DNA of 64,000 nucleotides. It comes from Mobula hypostoma. Lineage: Eukaryota. Position 1 is the stretch's first letter; each line of letters starts with the position of its first letter. The stretch covers positions 25,236,001 to 25,300,000 of the forward strand of contig NC_086097.1 of NCBI RefSeq assembly GCF_963921235.1, given 5' to 3'. Made by a program: the position numbers and the translations under genes. Below the pieces are notes generated by a model. That model was not told the origin of the DNA. It saw only the letters and a program-made list of their open reading frames with translations, and did not search any database. Below are positions 12,901 to 26,070 of the stretch, piece after piece.

Positions 12901-13838
12901 TTAAAAATCTTTTTATTAATATATAATCTTCTACAGCTATAAAATACAAAAGTTCAACAAATTAATATATATATAATTAATAAAGCTGAAGAAAAAAATA
13001 ACTTATATATGCCAATGAAAAAAAATTATATAAGAAAAAGAAGGAAAAAAGAGAACCCCAACTAACTAAAAAAAAAACCACCAACTACAAAAGAAAAAAA
13101 CATTAGGAATCGACTCCCGGAGCAATACGTCTTACAATCATCTATATATATGAAAGAAGTAAAAACAACAACTGCCAAATCACATTTATATAACATAAAA
13201 TTAGAAGGAAACCATATAAATTAATTCAAATTAAATGATAATATTTGGCAAAAGAGCCCCATCTTCTCTCAAAATCGAACCGGGATTCAAAAGTTCTACT
13301 TCTAATTTTTTCCAAACTAAGGCATAACATTACTTGGAAAAACCATTGAATTAGTGTAGGGGCAGAAGTATCTTTCCACTTCAATAAAATAGCCCTTCTT
13401 GCCAACAACGTAACAAATGCAATTACACGTTGGTTTGAAAATGAAATACCCTGAATATGATGCGGAACTATTCCAAATAGAACAGTCAATGTATTAGGTT
13501 GTAAATTAATTTTCAAAGCTTTAGAAATTGTAGAAAATAAAGATTTCCAAAAAGATTTCAATGAGGAACTGACCAGAACATATGTGACAAAGTAGCTACT
13601 CCATTTTTACACCTATCAGAATAGTTGTCTATATTAGGAAATATATTGGATAGCCTCTCCTTTGTTAAATAATAACGGTGAACAATTTTAAATTGAATTA
13701 AACAATGATTGGCACATATGGAAGAAGAATTAACCATTTTCAGAACTCGCAACCAATCTTCATTAACAAAAGTCATATTAAGTTCTCTCTCCCAATCTTG
13801 TTTAATCTTTAGTGAGAGGTTATCTTTTTGTAGTAAAT
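12901..13838 (-). mobile_element. 5'-truncated L1/Tx1-clade LINE with 18-bp TSD
   Basis: ORFs 13558-13776 and 13226-13561 give the L1-type ORF2 C-terminus (LIQFKIVHRYY, RC...ATLSHMFWS, ARRAILLKWK, LSLEKI); AATAAA on minus at 12912-12917; TSD TAACAGTTAACTGTCATT at 12883-12900 and 13839-13856. Confidence 0.9.
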
Positions 13839-16189
13839 TAACAGTTAACTGTCATTCATTGTTTGGGACACTCCTGTTTTCATGGATATTTGCAAAGAAA
13901 AAGAATTTCAGGGTGTAGATTGTATACATTTCTCTGACATTAAATGTACCTATTGAAACCTAATGAGAAGGCAGTACATGTTCTCAACCTTTTATATTGT
14001 CCAGGTAAAGGGACCAAAATTGTATGGTTCAAATTGTGGCCTCGCTGGTTCCTTGTACAAGTGCAAGTCTTCCCTAATTTTATAGACCAAACCCCTTGAA
14101 GTAAAAAGCAACATACCACCAAAAATAAAGATTAGCTTTATTTATCACATGTACATCAAAACCACAAGACCATAAGACATTGTAGCAGAATTAGGTAATT
14201 CACCCTATTCAGTATGCTCCGCTATTCCATCCTGGCTAATTTATTATCCCTCTCAACCCCATTCTCCTGCCATCTCCTCATAACCTTTGACATCCTTACT
14301 AATCAAGAACCCATCAATCTCCACCTTAAATATACTTAATAACCTGGCCACAGAATCACCACCTTCTGGCTAAAGAAATTCCTTCTCATCTCTGTCCTTG
14401 TATTCTGAGGGTAACTCTGAAACATTATTTACGTCACCAGCCAAACAGTCCGAGATGTGCTTTGGCACTGTAAAGTGTTACAAGGATTGCTATGTCACCA
14501 TGCCACCTCTTTGCTGATTATCTGCTGAACTTGAATATTGGCTTTTTTGTATTTTATGATGTGGAAATCCAAAACTCTTAAACTTCAGTTTTTTTTTCCA
14601 TTTTGACAACGAGATTTACAGGGGATCTCAGGAGGAATGTTTTTTTTTCACTCAGAGGTGATTGAGTACCTGAGAGGAGCTGCTTCAGTTGGCAGGGGCT
14701 CATACAACATTCAACAGGTACTCAGAAGAGGACCTTCCCCCACCATCAATGACAGTTTCAAAAGGTAATGTCTCAAGAAAGCAGTATCCATCATGAAGGA
14801 CCCTCACCATCCAGCATATGCACTCTTCTGATTTGCTGAATTCCCCCAACACCCAAATCTAATTTTCGTGAATGTTTCGATGTATCCATTTTCTTTCTCA
14901 TAACATAAAATGTTGAAGTCATGTACCCTCCACTGGCTAAGCCTTCCAGATCTCAATCCCCAGGGAAAGATGCTGACAGCTTCCCAACTCTGTCTCTGAA
15001 TATATTACCAAACAAGGGAGAAAGGGAGACATGTTAACAAACTAGCGAGGCACATGGACGATAGCAAAATGAGGGGCTATGTAGGAAGGAAGGGTTAGAT
15101 TGATCTTGGAGTAGGTTTTAAGTATGTCACAACATAGTGGGCTGAAGTTCCTATACTGTGCTTTGTTGTGCTATATTCTATATCTGTAGGAGTGTACCTG
15201 CTGGTGTAAGTCTAAAACAATGAGACCAGGCAGAAAATTCTGGACTCCATTCTATTGGAAGACCATGGAGGCAAAGAAATTGGCACAGTGCAAATTGCTT
15301 AGGATTACTACACATACAAGAACAAATCTGAAGACTTGATAAATTATGAACAATCTAGTTGAACCAGAAAACAAGACATTAACAATGGGGATACCTCATA
15401 GAGCACAGGGATTGGAGTGGAATAGATAGCAACCAAGAAGATATGACTATTGGTTGGAGGGGGGTGGTTAAGGAATTGGAGGGTAGTGGAAATGAGGTCA
15501 CATGCACACGGGGACAAAACCAAATGCTCTGTTTAGGGCAAAGGTCCAGAATTCAAGTTGAAATTTGAGAGGCTGGACAACTCATGAAAGACAGATCACA
15601 TCAGCATTTAAGAAGAAAGTAATTGGAATTGGAATTGGTTCATTATTGTCACATGTACCAAGATACAGTGAAGAGCTTGCCTTATACACTGTTCATGTAG
15701 ATCAAGTAATTACACAGTGCATTGAGGTAGAACAAAGTAAAACAATAACAATGTAGAATAAGTGTAACAGCTGCAGAGAAAGTGCAGTGTAGGGAAACGA
15801 TAAGGTGCAAGATCATAAGAAGGTAGATGATAAAGTCAAGAGCCCATCTCATCATGCTAGGAAATGTGCTTTCAAGCTGTTGTATCTTCTGCATGATGGG
15901 AGTAAGGAAAAAGAGAGACTGTTCGGGGTGGGCGGAGTTGTTGATTATGCTGGGTTCTTTATTAAGGCATTGGGAAGTGCAGACAGATACGTATATGTTG
16001 GGCATCGCTATTACAGTTCAGAACATTCTGGGGTTCAGAATTCAATTCCAGTGTCATTCTGTAAGGAGTCTCTGTAAGTCCTCCTGTGGAATGCGTGAGT
16101 TTTCTCTGGGTGCTCCAGTTTCCTCTTAAAGTCCAAAGTCCAAAGATGTATCGTGTAGATTAAATGACCGTTGTAAATTATCCCGTGAT

Positions 16190-16690
16190 TTTATTACACC
16201 CTCTCAGAAATCCCATTATGATAGTAACCCCGTTTGCTGGAGAAATTGTGGAAATCAAAATGCAAAGCATTATCATATTTTCTGGGAATGCCCCATTATC
16301 AAAGGCTATTGGAGTGGGATACATAAATGCCCTACAAGACATCTTTAAATGTGAAATACCCTTAGAGAGTAAGACCATATATTTTGGGTATATACCTCAA
16401 GAATGGTTGAAAAGAGATAAATATTTAATGAATATACTGCTGGTGGCTGGTAAAAAGACCCTTACCGGGAAATGGTTATCACAGGAGAGCCTAACTTTAA
16501 GTGTATTGATGGAAATTACAATGGACGTTTACAAAATGGATAAGATAACAGCATCTGTTAATGGTAAGTTGGAACAATTTTATTCATACTGGAAAAAATG
16601 GTTTAACTACATAACACCTCATAGGCCTGATTTTACTCTCACAAGTCAATGAATATGTTGTAAAAAAAAGATCACTCCCTACTCTGTACA
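16190..16690 (+). mobile_element. L1/Tx1-clade LINE ORF2 C-terminal fragment (frameshifted)
   Basis: CWRNCGNQNAKHYHIFWECP zinc-knuckle frame shifts at ~16325 into ALQDIFKCEIP...AGKKTLTGKWL...KWFNYITPHRP of ORF 16164-16652. Confidence 0.85.
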
Positions 16691-16694
16691 TAAT

Positions 16695-17222
16695 CTGCAT
16701 ACTCTGGAGATAATGCTGAAGCTTTCTAAGACAATTGTCAGGCTGCACTTGGAGTATTGTTAACAGTTTTGGGCCCCATATCTCAGAAAGGATATGCTGT
16801 CATTGGAGAGAGTCCAGAGGAGGTCCATGAGGATGATTCCGGGAATGGAGAGGTTAACATATGAGGAACATTTGGTAGCTCTGGGCCAGTACTCACTAGA
16901 ATTTAGAAGAATGCTGGTGAATCTCATTGAAACCTACTGAATGTTGAAAGGACTAGATAGGGTGGATGTGCAGAGGATGTTTCCTATGGTGGGGGTGTCC
17001 AGAACTAGAAGGGCACAGCCTCAGAATTGAGGAGCGACCTTTTAGCACAGAGATAAGAAGGACATTTTTTAGCCAGGGAGTGGGACACTGTGGATTGCTC
17101 TGCCACAGACTGCAGTGGAGGCCAAGTCCTTGGGTATAGTTAAAGCGAAAGTTGATAGTTTCCTGATTGGTCAGGGCTTCAAAGGATATGGCGAGAAGGC
17201 AGGTGCATGGGGATGAGTGGGA
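16695..17222 (+). mobile_element. CR1 LINE 3' fragment (its 3' UTR resumes at ~18401-18488)
   Basis: LHLEYC*QFWAPYLRKDMLSLERVQRRSMRMIPG; UTR split by the next element. Confidence 0.85.
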
Positions 17223-18400
17223 TGGTAGTTTGCCTCCCAGGTGCCAGGGTCCAGGATGTTTCAGATCATGTCCACGATATCCTGCAGTGGGAGGGAGGAC
17301 AGCCAGAGGTCATGGTACATATTGGTACCAATGACATAGGTAGGAAAAGGGAAGAGGTCCTGAAATCAGACTATGGGGAGTTATGAAGGAAATTGAGAAG
17401 CAGCACCGCAAAGGTAGTAATCTCGGGATTACTGCCTGTGCAACATGACAGTGAGTATAGGAATAGAATGAGGTGGAGGATAAATGCATAGCTGAGGGAT
17501 TGGAGCAGGGGGCAGGGATTCAGATTTCTGGATCATTGGGACCTCTTTTGGGGCAGGTGTGACCTGTACAAAAAGGACGGGTTGCACTTGAATCCCAGGG
17601 GGACCAATATCCTGGTAGGGAGGTTTGCTAAAGCTAATGGGGAAAGTTTAAACTAGAATTGTTGGGGGCTGGGAACTGAACTGAAGAGACTGGGGAAGAG
17701 GCCGTTGGCTCACAAATAGAGAAAGCTTGGAGACAGTGTGTGAGGGAGGATAGTCAGTTGATAGAGAAGGGACGTGCTCAGACTGACGGTTTGAGATGTG
17801 TCTATTTTAATGCAAGGAGTATTGTGAACAAAGTAGATGAGCTTACAGCGCAGATCAGTACTTGGAGCTATTTTGTGGTGGCCATTACAGAGACTTGGAT
17901 GGCTCAGGGACAGGAATGGTTACTTCAAGTGCCAGGTTTTAGATGTTTCAGAAAGGACAGGGAGGGAGGCAAAAGAGGTGGGGGTGTGGCACTGTTGATC
18001 AGAGATAGTGTCACGGCTGCAGAAAAGGTGGACGTCATGGAGGGATTGTCTACAGAGTCTCTGTGGGTGGAGGTTAGGAACAGGAGGGTGTCAATAACTC
18101 TACTGTGTGTTTTTTATAGGCCGCCCAATAGTAACAGGGATATCGAGGAGCAGATAGGGAAACAGATCCTAGAAAGGTATAATAATAACAGAGTTGTCAT
18201 GGTGGGAGATTTTAATTTCCCAAATATCGATTGGCATCTCCCTTCTTTTAAGAGACTTGTGGATAGGTACATGGAGCTTAGAAAAATAGAGGGCTATGGG
18301 TAACCCTAGTAATTTCTAAGGTAGGGACATGTTCGGCACAACTTTGTGGGCCAAAGGGCCTGTATTGTGCTATAGGTTTTCTATGTTTCTATATGTTTCT
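17223..18400 (+). mobile_element. Internally deleted CR1: ORF1 SGNH-esterase part, endonuclease start, and 3' end
   Basis: VVCLPGARVQDV...VHIGTNDIG...YKKDGLHLN (CR1 ORF1 esterase); ORF 17740-18303 YFNARSI..AITETW..YRPPNS..MVGDFNFPNIDW joined to SFKRLVDRYMELRKIEGYG*; tail TTTCTATGTTTCTATATGTTTCTA. Confidence 0.9.
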
Positions 18401-18601
18401 AATCCCAGCCATGATGGAATGGCAGAGCATACTCGATGGGCTGAGTGGCCTAATTCTGCTCCTACATCTTATGGTCTCACGGTCTAAGGTTTCTGTTAAT
18501 CAGAGCTGTGGAGTTTCTAGCGATTTTACATAAAAGCAGAGGAGGATTGGATAACTGGAGGACAAATACCAACCAGAAAACATAGAGCAGCTGTTTCATA
18601 G

Positions 18602-18853
18602 GGGAACACACACAAAAAATGCTAGTGAATGCAGCAGGCCAGGCAGCATCTATAGGAAGAGGTACAGTTGACTCTCCCTCCCACTTCCAAATTTCTTACT
18701 ATCTCTTCTTTCAGTTAGTCCTGATGAAGGGTCCTGACACAAAACGTCGACTGTACCTCTTCCTATAGATGCTGCCTGGCCTGCTGCGTTCACCAGCATT
18801 TTTTGTGTGTGTTGCTCGAATTTCCAGCATCTGCAGATTTCCTCGTGTTTGCT
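18602..18853 (+). mobile_element. Penelope-derived fold-back element
   Basis: ~68-bp arms 18605-18672 and 18746-18813 in inverted orientation; one-sided tail GAATTTCCAGCATCTGCAGATTTCC; possible TSD TTTCATAG at 18594-18601 and 18854-18861. Confidence 0.85.
18717..18752 (+). ncRNA. Minimal type I hammerhead ribozyme motif (degenerate copy)
   Basis: AGTC-CTGATGA-A-GGGTCCTGACAC-AAAA-CGTC-GACT: stem I AGTC/GACT and CUGAUGA intact, GAAA mutated to AAAA. Confidence 0.55.
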
Positions 18854-20744
18854 TTTCATAGAGGGATGCCATTGAGCTGTTGGAATCTACTTCCGCTCTG
18901 ATCCAGCTAACATCACGTCCCTGCTCTCTCCCCAGAATGTTGCAAATTCTTTCCTTTCAAAATCTTATCCAGCTCCCTTGTAAATGCGACAAATTATATG
19001 CATTTGGGTGGTATGCATCTACATTTGATAGTGGTAGAGGTAATTGAATTCGTCTCTACCACTATTGCAGACAGACAAATACCACTCAATGTTTTAAAAA
19101 ATTCTTATATTCTTATATTCATTTTTAACTCTTTTGGCAATCACCTTCATTGCCATCTGCCTAATTCTAACCTGTTGTTCAATGGGAACTGTTTCTCTTT
19201 AACCACTTGTCACTATCCTCTATGACTTTAAATATCTATCAGACCTCTGTGCAGTGATAGTAATTTCAATTGTGTAGGAATATCCTTCTTAAACATTCAT
19301 AAATACACCTTAAAGGCATTGTAATTTTATTATTCTGCTCATATAAACTCACTGTAATAGATTTTCCGATTTAGCAAATTACATACATTCTTCCACAATC
19401 TAACAGCCAAATGCAATCAAAAACCTTTATCTCAGACAGAATAGGCTGCAATGTCCAGTATTCTTAAAGTAAAAAGATTAATTTACCATTTTCTTTTGCA
19501 GTTTACCATAAATTATATTTTAGAAACAAAATTGGTTGCCCTATGTTACACAGCAATCAGGAGAAAGAAATATCTCCAAAAAAAAACCCCGTATCAACAA
19601 TGGATTTACTGGCACAGTAGTACTTATGAAGGCTGCCAGATATAAATGTTCCCTGGCCTAAATGATACATTGAACATTTTCTTCTCTAAGCAGGTGATCT
19701 ACAAAGCAGGCTCCATTTTTTTTCCCAGAAGCAAAATTGCATTAAGCAAAAGCTAACAGTGCATGGCAGCAAGAACCAATGAGTACACTAAAACAACAGC
19801 AAGCACAAAGATAAGATTCAGTAAATTCTAAGATATTTCTTTCTGCAAATAAATTTGTTACAAGCTAATTTAATTTAGGGGAGTATCTGAGTAGTGGCAG
19901 GAATGTAACTCCTCTCAGTGCATAAAGTACATTGAGGTATCCTTTGATTGAAACACAACGATTTTCTTTTAATTACCTGTTGGTACATAAAGCCAATGAA
20001 ACCACTTAAGAGGATTTGCTGAGATTGTAATTACAGAGGAAGCTTACAGCCAGCAATATGATAAAATGATTCTATTTACGGGAGCTGAGGAATTAAAGCC
20101 AAGCTTTGTGTGATCAACATTTCTTACTATTTCATGCCAAGTGAATGAGCCGGTCAAACAAACGACTGGAAACAATAAGAGACCATGTCGACTGCATAAG
20201 GGGCATAGTCTTAACACATAGACTGCATAAGGGGATAGAATCCACAGTCTTTTTTCCAAGGAAAGGGAGTCAAAATCTAGAGGGCATAGGTTTAAAAGAT
20301 GAGAGGAAAAAGACTTATAAGAGAGCTGAGGGGCGAATTCCAAACACAGTGGTTATTTGGAATAAGCTGCCAGAGAACATGGTTGACGTGGGTATAATAA
20401 CAACATTTAAAAGACACTTAGGTACCTGGATATAAAGACTCAGACTCAGAGAGATATAAGCCAAATGCAGGCAAATGGGGACGGGCATAAATGAGAACAT
20501 GGACAAGTTGGGCCTAAAGGCTTGTTCTCCAACTGTATTACTCTATGATTTTAAAGTCACCATCGTCAGCATTCTCACTTCAGACCCTCAAACAAGTCCA
20601 TTCCTCTTCACAACCACTGTCTAAGACTGAACTAGTCTGTTTACAGCATCAATATTTCATTGATTGTGAACTGATCTGGCCACACATTTGGTCATCACAA
20701 AAGACAGTTATTTTTACTTCTTTTTGTAAGAGATTAAGATTGGC

Positions 20745-21045
20745 CTAATTTGACACACAAGCATCATAAAATATACCAAAATATGTCATTTGTGCCAAAT
20801 CAAATCAACCAGGATTATGCTGGGAGCAGCCCACAAGTATTGCAATGCTTCCGCCGCCAACATAGTAAGTCTAGAACCTACTAATCCTAACCATACCTCC
20901 TTGAAAGTAGAGCACCCAGGGGAAGCTCATGCAGTCACAGGAGAATGTACAAACCCCTAACAGACAGCGGCAGGAATCGAACCCTGATTGGTGATCACTG
21001 GCGCTGTAAAGTAATTGCACTAACTGTTACACTACTATGTGCCTA
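20745..21045 (-). mobile_element. V-SINE
   Basis: Reverse-complement V-domain and tRNA head (ACAGACAGCGGCAGGAATCGAACCC). Confidence 0.7.
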
Positions 21046-21089
21046 ACCATTCTGTAATATTGTCCACTTTTCTCTCCATTGGCTTCTGG

Positions 21090-21502
21090 TTCAAAGTTCA
21101 AAGTAAATTTATCATCAAAGCACATATAAGTCACCATATACTACTTTGAGATCCATTTTCTTGCAGGCATTTACAGCAAAATAATGAAGTCCACTAGAAT
21201 TTATGAAAAAACTATACACAAAGTTTGACAAACAACAAAAGTGCAAAAGAAGACAAATAGTGCAGTAAATAAACAAATAATACTGAGAATATGAGTTGTC
21301 AAGTCCTTGAAAGTAGGTCCATAGGTTGTGGAGTCGGTTCAATGTTGAGAGGAGTGAAGTTATCCATGCTGATTCAGCAGCCTGATCGTTGGAGGGTAGT
21401 GACTACACATGAACCTGGTAGTGTGAGACCGAAGGCTCCTGTACTTCCTGTCTGATCGCAGTAGCGAGAAGAGATGACCTGGATTGTGGGGGCCCTTGAT
21501 TA
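21090..21502 (-). mobile_element. Rex1/Babar-type 3' end
   Basis: TTCAAAGTTCAAAGTAAATTTATCATCAAAG tail and reverse complement of the SIIK.P...RRLRSHTTRF region. Confidence 0.7.
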
Positions 21503-21556
21503 TCGATATTACGCAAGTTCATACACTGTATGTCAGTCCCCACATGCAATCTTCAG

Positions 21557-23078
21557 ATAGAAACATAGAAAATAGGTGCAGGAGTAGGCCATTCGGCCTT
21601 TCGAGCCTGCACCGCCATTTATTATGATCATGGCTGATCATCCAACTCAGAACCCTGTACCTGCCTTCCCTCCATACCCCCTGATCCCTTTAGCCACAAG
21701 GGCCATATCTAACTCCCTCTTAAATATAGCCAATGAACTGGCCTCAACTGTTTCCTGTGGCAGAGAATTCCACAGATTCACCACTCTCTGTGTGAAGAAG
21801 TTTTTCCTAATCTCGGTCCTAAAAGGCTTCCCCTTTATCCTCAAACTGTGACCCCTCGTTCTGGACTTCCCCAACATCAGGAACAATCTTCCTGCATCTA
21901 GCCTGTCCAATCCCTTTAGGATCTTATACGTTTCAATCAGATCCCCTCTCAATCTTCTAAATTCCAACGAGTACAAGCCCAGTTCATCCAGTCTTTCTTC
22001 ATATGAAAGTCCTGCCATCCCAGGAATCAATCTGGTGAACCTTCTCTGCACTCCCTCTAAGGCAAGGATGTCTTTCCTTAGATTAGGGGACCAAAACTGC
22101 ACACAATACTCCAGGTGTGGTCTCACCAAGGCCTTGTACAACTGCAGTAGTACCTCCCTGCTCCTGTACTCGAATCCTCTCGCTATAAATGCCAGCATAC
22201 CATTCGCCTTTTTCACCGCCTGCTGTACCTGCATGCCCACTTTCAATGACTGGTGTATAATGACACCCAGGTCTCGTTGCACCTCCCCTTTTCCTAATCG
22301 GCCACCGTTCAGATAATAATCTGTTTTCCTATTTTTGCCACCAAAATGGATAACTTCACATTTATCCACATTAAATTGCATCTGCCATGAATTTGCCCAC
22401 TCACCCAACCTATCCAAGTCACCCTGCATCCTCTTAGCATCCTCCTCACAGCTAACACTGCCACCCAGCTTCGTGTCATCCGCAAACTTGGAGATGCTGC
22501 ATTTAATTCCCTCATCCAAGTCATTAATATATATTGTAAACAACTGGGGTCCCAGCACTGAGCCTTGCGGTACCCCACTAGTCACCGCCTACCATTCTGA
22601 AAAGGTCCCGTTTATTCCCACTCTTTGCTTCCTGTCTGCTAACCAATTCTCCACCCACACCAATACCTTACCCCTAATACCATGTGCTTTAAGTTTGCAC
22701 ACTAATCTCCTGTGTGGGACCTTGTCAAAAGCCTTTTGAAAATCCAAATATACCACATCCACTGGTTCTCCCCTATCCACTCTACTAGTTACATCCTCAA
22801 AAAATTCTATGAGATTCGTCAGACATGATTTTCCTTTCACAAATCCATGCTGACTTTGTCCGATCATTTCACCGCTTTCCAAATGTGCTGTTATCACATC
22901 CTTGATAACTGACTCCAGCAGTTTCCCCACCACCGACGTTAGGCTAACCGGTCTATAATTCCCCAGTTTCTCTCTCCCTCCTTTTTTAAAATGTGGAGTT
23001 ACATTAGCCACCCTCCAATCCTCAGGAACTAGTCCAGAATCTAACGGGTTTTGAAAAATTATCACTAATGCATCCACC
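21557..23078 (-). mobile_element. Young 5'-truncated CR1 LINE (RT domain, one in-frame stop)
   Basis: ORFs 22589-23080 and 21647-22585 lie in the same frame, separated by one TAG; motifs NYRPVSLTS, YLDFQKAFDKV, GVPQGSVLGP, FADD; tail ATAGAAACATAGAAA. Confidence 0.95.
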
Positions 23079-24499
23079 AATCAGTTAATCTGAGGCATTC
23101 ACATTAGAAAAGAGAAATACAACAGAACCAATAATAATCTACACACAAACAAAGACTGATAACCGAGGTGCAAAAGAAGAAAAGCTATTGAAATTTTAAA
23201 ATAAATAAATAAATAACATTAAGAAGATGAGTTATAGAGTCCTTGGAAGTGAGTCCATAGGTTGTGGAATCATTAAACCCTAGCTGTATGACAAAGGTAT
23301 GAAATGAATGTCCTAACTACTCATGAAGCTGCATCTTGGACTTTGATTACCTTTAAGAAACACTTTGAAACTTGTTATTCCATTACACGTTCTACATATA
23401 GGGAAAATATTACAACTATGAAGGACATAGAACACAGCACAGTACAGCACAATATAGGCCCTGCAGCCCAAATGCTGTGCCAACATTTTAACCTACACTA
23501 AGACCAGTCTAGCTCTTTCCTCTCACAAAGCCCTCCATATTTCTTTCATCCATGTGCCTACCTAAGAGTCCATTAAATGTCCCTAACTTCCCTTTTCTTG
23601 GGACTGCTTAATGCTAAAACTTAGGTGGGATTTCATTGGACTATTTAATGAAGTCTTAACCAAAATCTTTTACTTTGGAGAACAATAAAAAATAAAAGCC
23701 CTATGTATGTTTTTACTTCAAGTTGTTTTACTATTTATAATCAGACGTGTCACAAGTCTGTCACTTACCAATTAATATTGTGGCAATAGTCAAAGTTACT
23801 GCACAATACACAGACATCTGCTTCAAACAAAAACTCAGAAATGGTGAAATCGCTAGATAGATACTAGTGTCAGAAATAGTTTTTAAATCAAGAAATAATT
23901 ACAACAAAATAAAATGACCAATAGGATTTTAGTTATTCATCATTTTTCATTTTGAGACTACTAATTGATAATCTGACACTGGAAAATACATTTTAATTAA
24001 TGATTTGTCCTGATGAGTCAATAAGCAATTACTCTAATGGATCCGTACTGGTCTGTTGAACAATTCAGGGAATTGAAAAGATCTGCGCTTAGTTAAGAAT
24101 AGTATGCCTTAAGCAAAGCTTATTAAGCATGGAATAGCTCATACCACAGACAGTACCCTGCTTGAAAAGTACAAATTCACAAGTGATAACTACACAGCAG
24201 GTAAATCAGCATCTGGAAGAGAATAAAATGCATTGCACAGGTGGGAGACATTTCACTCACAATGGGAAGATGTGGGAAGATATGAGAAATAAGATCAAAA
24301 AGCAACTGTTCTTCTGAATCTTAATTCAATGTATTTAACATTGTGACACAACAATAATAAGATCACACTTTCATAGTATACTATCTTGCCGAGTATCCCA
24401 ATGGTTGCATCAAGATGGAATCTGTGATAGTAGAGCCTATGCATTTGAATCTATGAGGATGTCCTTCACTGCAGTCATGACTAAAGGTGCGTGCTAACT

Positions 24500-25040
24500 A
24501 AGAGTCATAAAGCAATATAGGCTCTTTAGCCCGACAAATCCACAACAACCACCATGCCTATCAGCCAGTACCAATTTTCTGCATTCAGCCCATATCCCTC
24601 AAAACCCCTCCCCTCCATGTACATATCTAAGTGCTTCTTAAATGATACTATTGTACCTGACTCAACTAATTGCACAGATTCACCATCCTCTGATTAAATA
24701 AGTTCCTCCTCATCTCTGTTCTAAAGGGACATTCTTATTTCTGAAGCTGTTCCCTCTGGTCCTAGACTCTTCCACAATTGGAAACATCCTCTCAACACCC
24801 ACTTTATCTAGACTTTTTAATATTCAATAGGCTTCAATGAGATCCCCCATCGTTCTTCTAAACTTCAGCGAGTACAGGTCCAGAGCCATCATACCATTTC
24901 ATTCCAGGATCATTCTCGTGAACCTCCTCTAGAAACTCTCCAATACCAGCACATCCTGTCTTAGATAAGGGGCCTGAGTATGGCTTCACTAATAATTTCC
25001 ATAAGTGTGGACATAATGTCCCAACTCCTGTACTCAATAT
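24500..25040 (-). mobile_element. Degraded CR1 3' fragments
   Basis: Reverse complement of LERVQRRFTRMIPGMK / LYSLKFRR / NLWN-type motifs and CR1 UTR. Confidence 0.7.
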
Positions 25041-25729
25041 CCTCATCATGTCCTACTTGATGACTTTGAACCCAAAAATATCCAGTGTGTTTTGCATGCA
25101 GTCAAAGGAACGGTCACCACAATCAATTCCACTATTACAGCCATCCCACTATCTCATCACACTCCCCACATTCCTCCCTACCCACCCCAAAACTGAAAAA
25201 GTCAGTTGCCTTCAACAGAACACAAGGGGTTACTTTCGTTTCAACTCTGATGCGGAGTCAACTTGGAGCACTAGAGCTGGTCTGTATGCTTAGGGTTAGT
25301 GATTAACACATTCCAATACAAACAGATGAGATTGTGGGGGTCAAGGATAGCTCCATAGAAATCTTACAGCTATAAAATTCCATTTATTGTACAACCTAGA
25401 TGCAAGTTTACTTTTTGTGTGAAGTAAGTTGGTTTCTACATGCCAAGTCTGCAGCACAGAATGGGATTTGCAATGTGTCAGTCTAAATTCCAAACAAACG
25501 TTATCACTTGCTAACACTGCACTAAGCAAATTCAACGCACATACCTAAATGGTAAATTGATACCACATACCCCTTCAACAAAATCAGAGGAGACTTGATT
25601 AAATAATCTCAAGAAACAATGCTTCTAAATCATCAACATTCAACGGGAAATGACACTTTATAACACCAGTCTAGCTCTGTAGGCTGTTCTGTCTTCCTCA
25701 CTTCTCCGAGCCTCATCACCTTTATGAGA

Positions 25730-26070
25730 GTTCCTGTGAACCCAAGAGCGATGCTGTATGACGCTTAGCTCTGGATCGGGTCACTTATGGCTGCAAGGAG
25801 GAGGTTCCAGACAACCATCCACCCAAACAAGACCTCAACGGTGGAGCTGGCGGAAGCTGATGACACATCACAACGGCGGTGAAGGTGGAGGAAGGCTGCA
25901 GCAGTGAAGGGACCCCTATCATCTTGCATTCCATGCCACTGGACACTGACCCTGATCTGTCAAGAACCATATGGTAACTGCCATGTTAGCCTCCCCAAGT
26001 TAAACAATGTTCTACACAGGTTTCTCCATTAAGAGATCATACTTGACTCGAGTGACCACACGTGCAGTCT
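25730..26070 (+). repeat. GC-richer segment, probably a LINE 5' UTR-derived interspersed repeat (possibly RTE clade)
   Basis: Compositionally distinct CpG-containing block (GGAGCTGGCGGAAGCTGATGACACATCACAACGGCGGTGAAGG); family assignment from recollection only. Confidence 0.3.

Noticed and set aside
22335..22739. Antisense ORFs over CR1 (also 63104-63484 and 56393-56791)
   Set aside because: Shadow frames of CR1 ORF2 that recur only because the repeat recurs.
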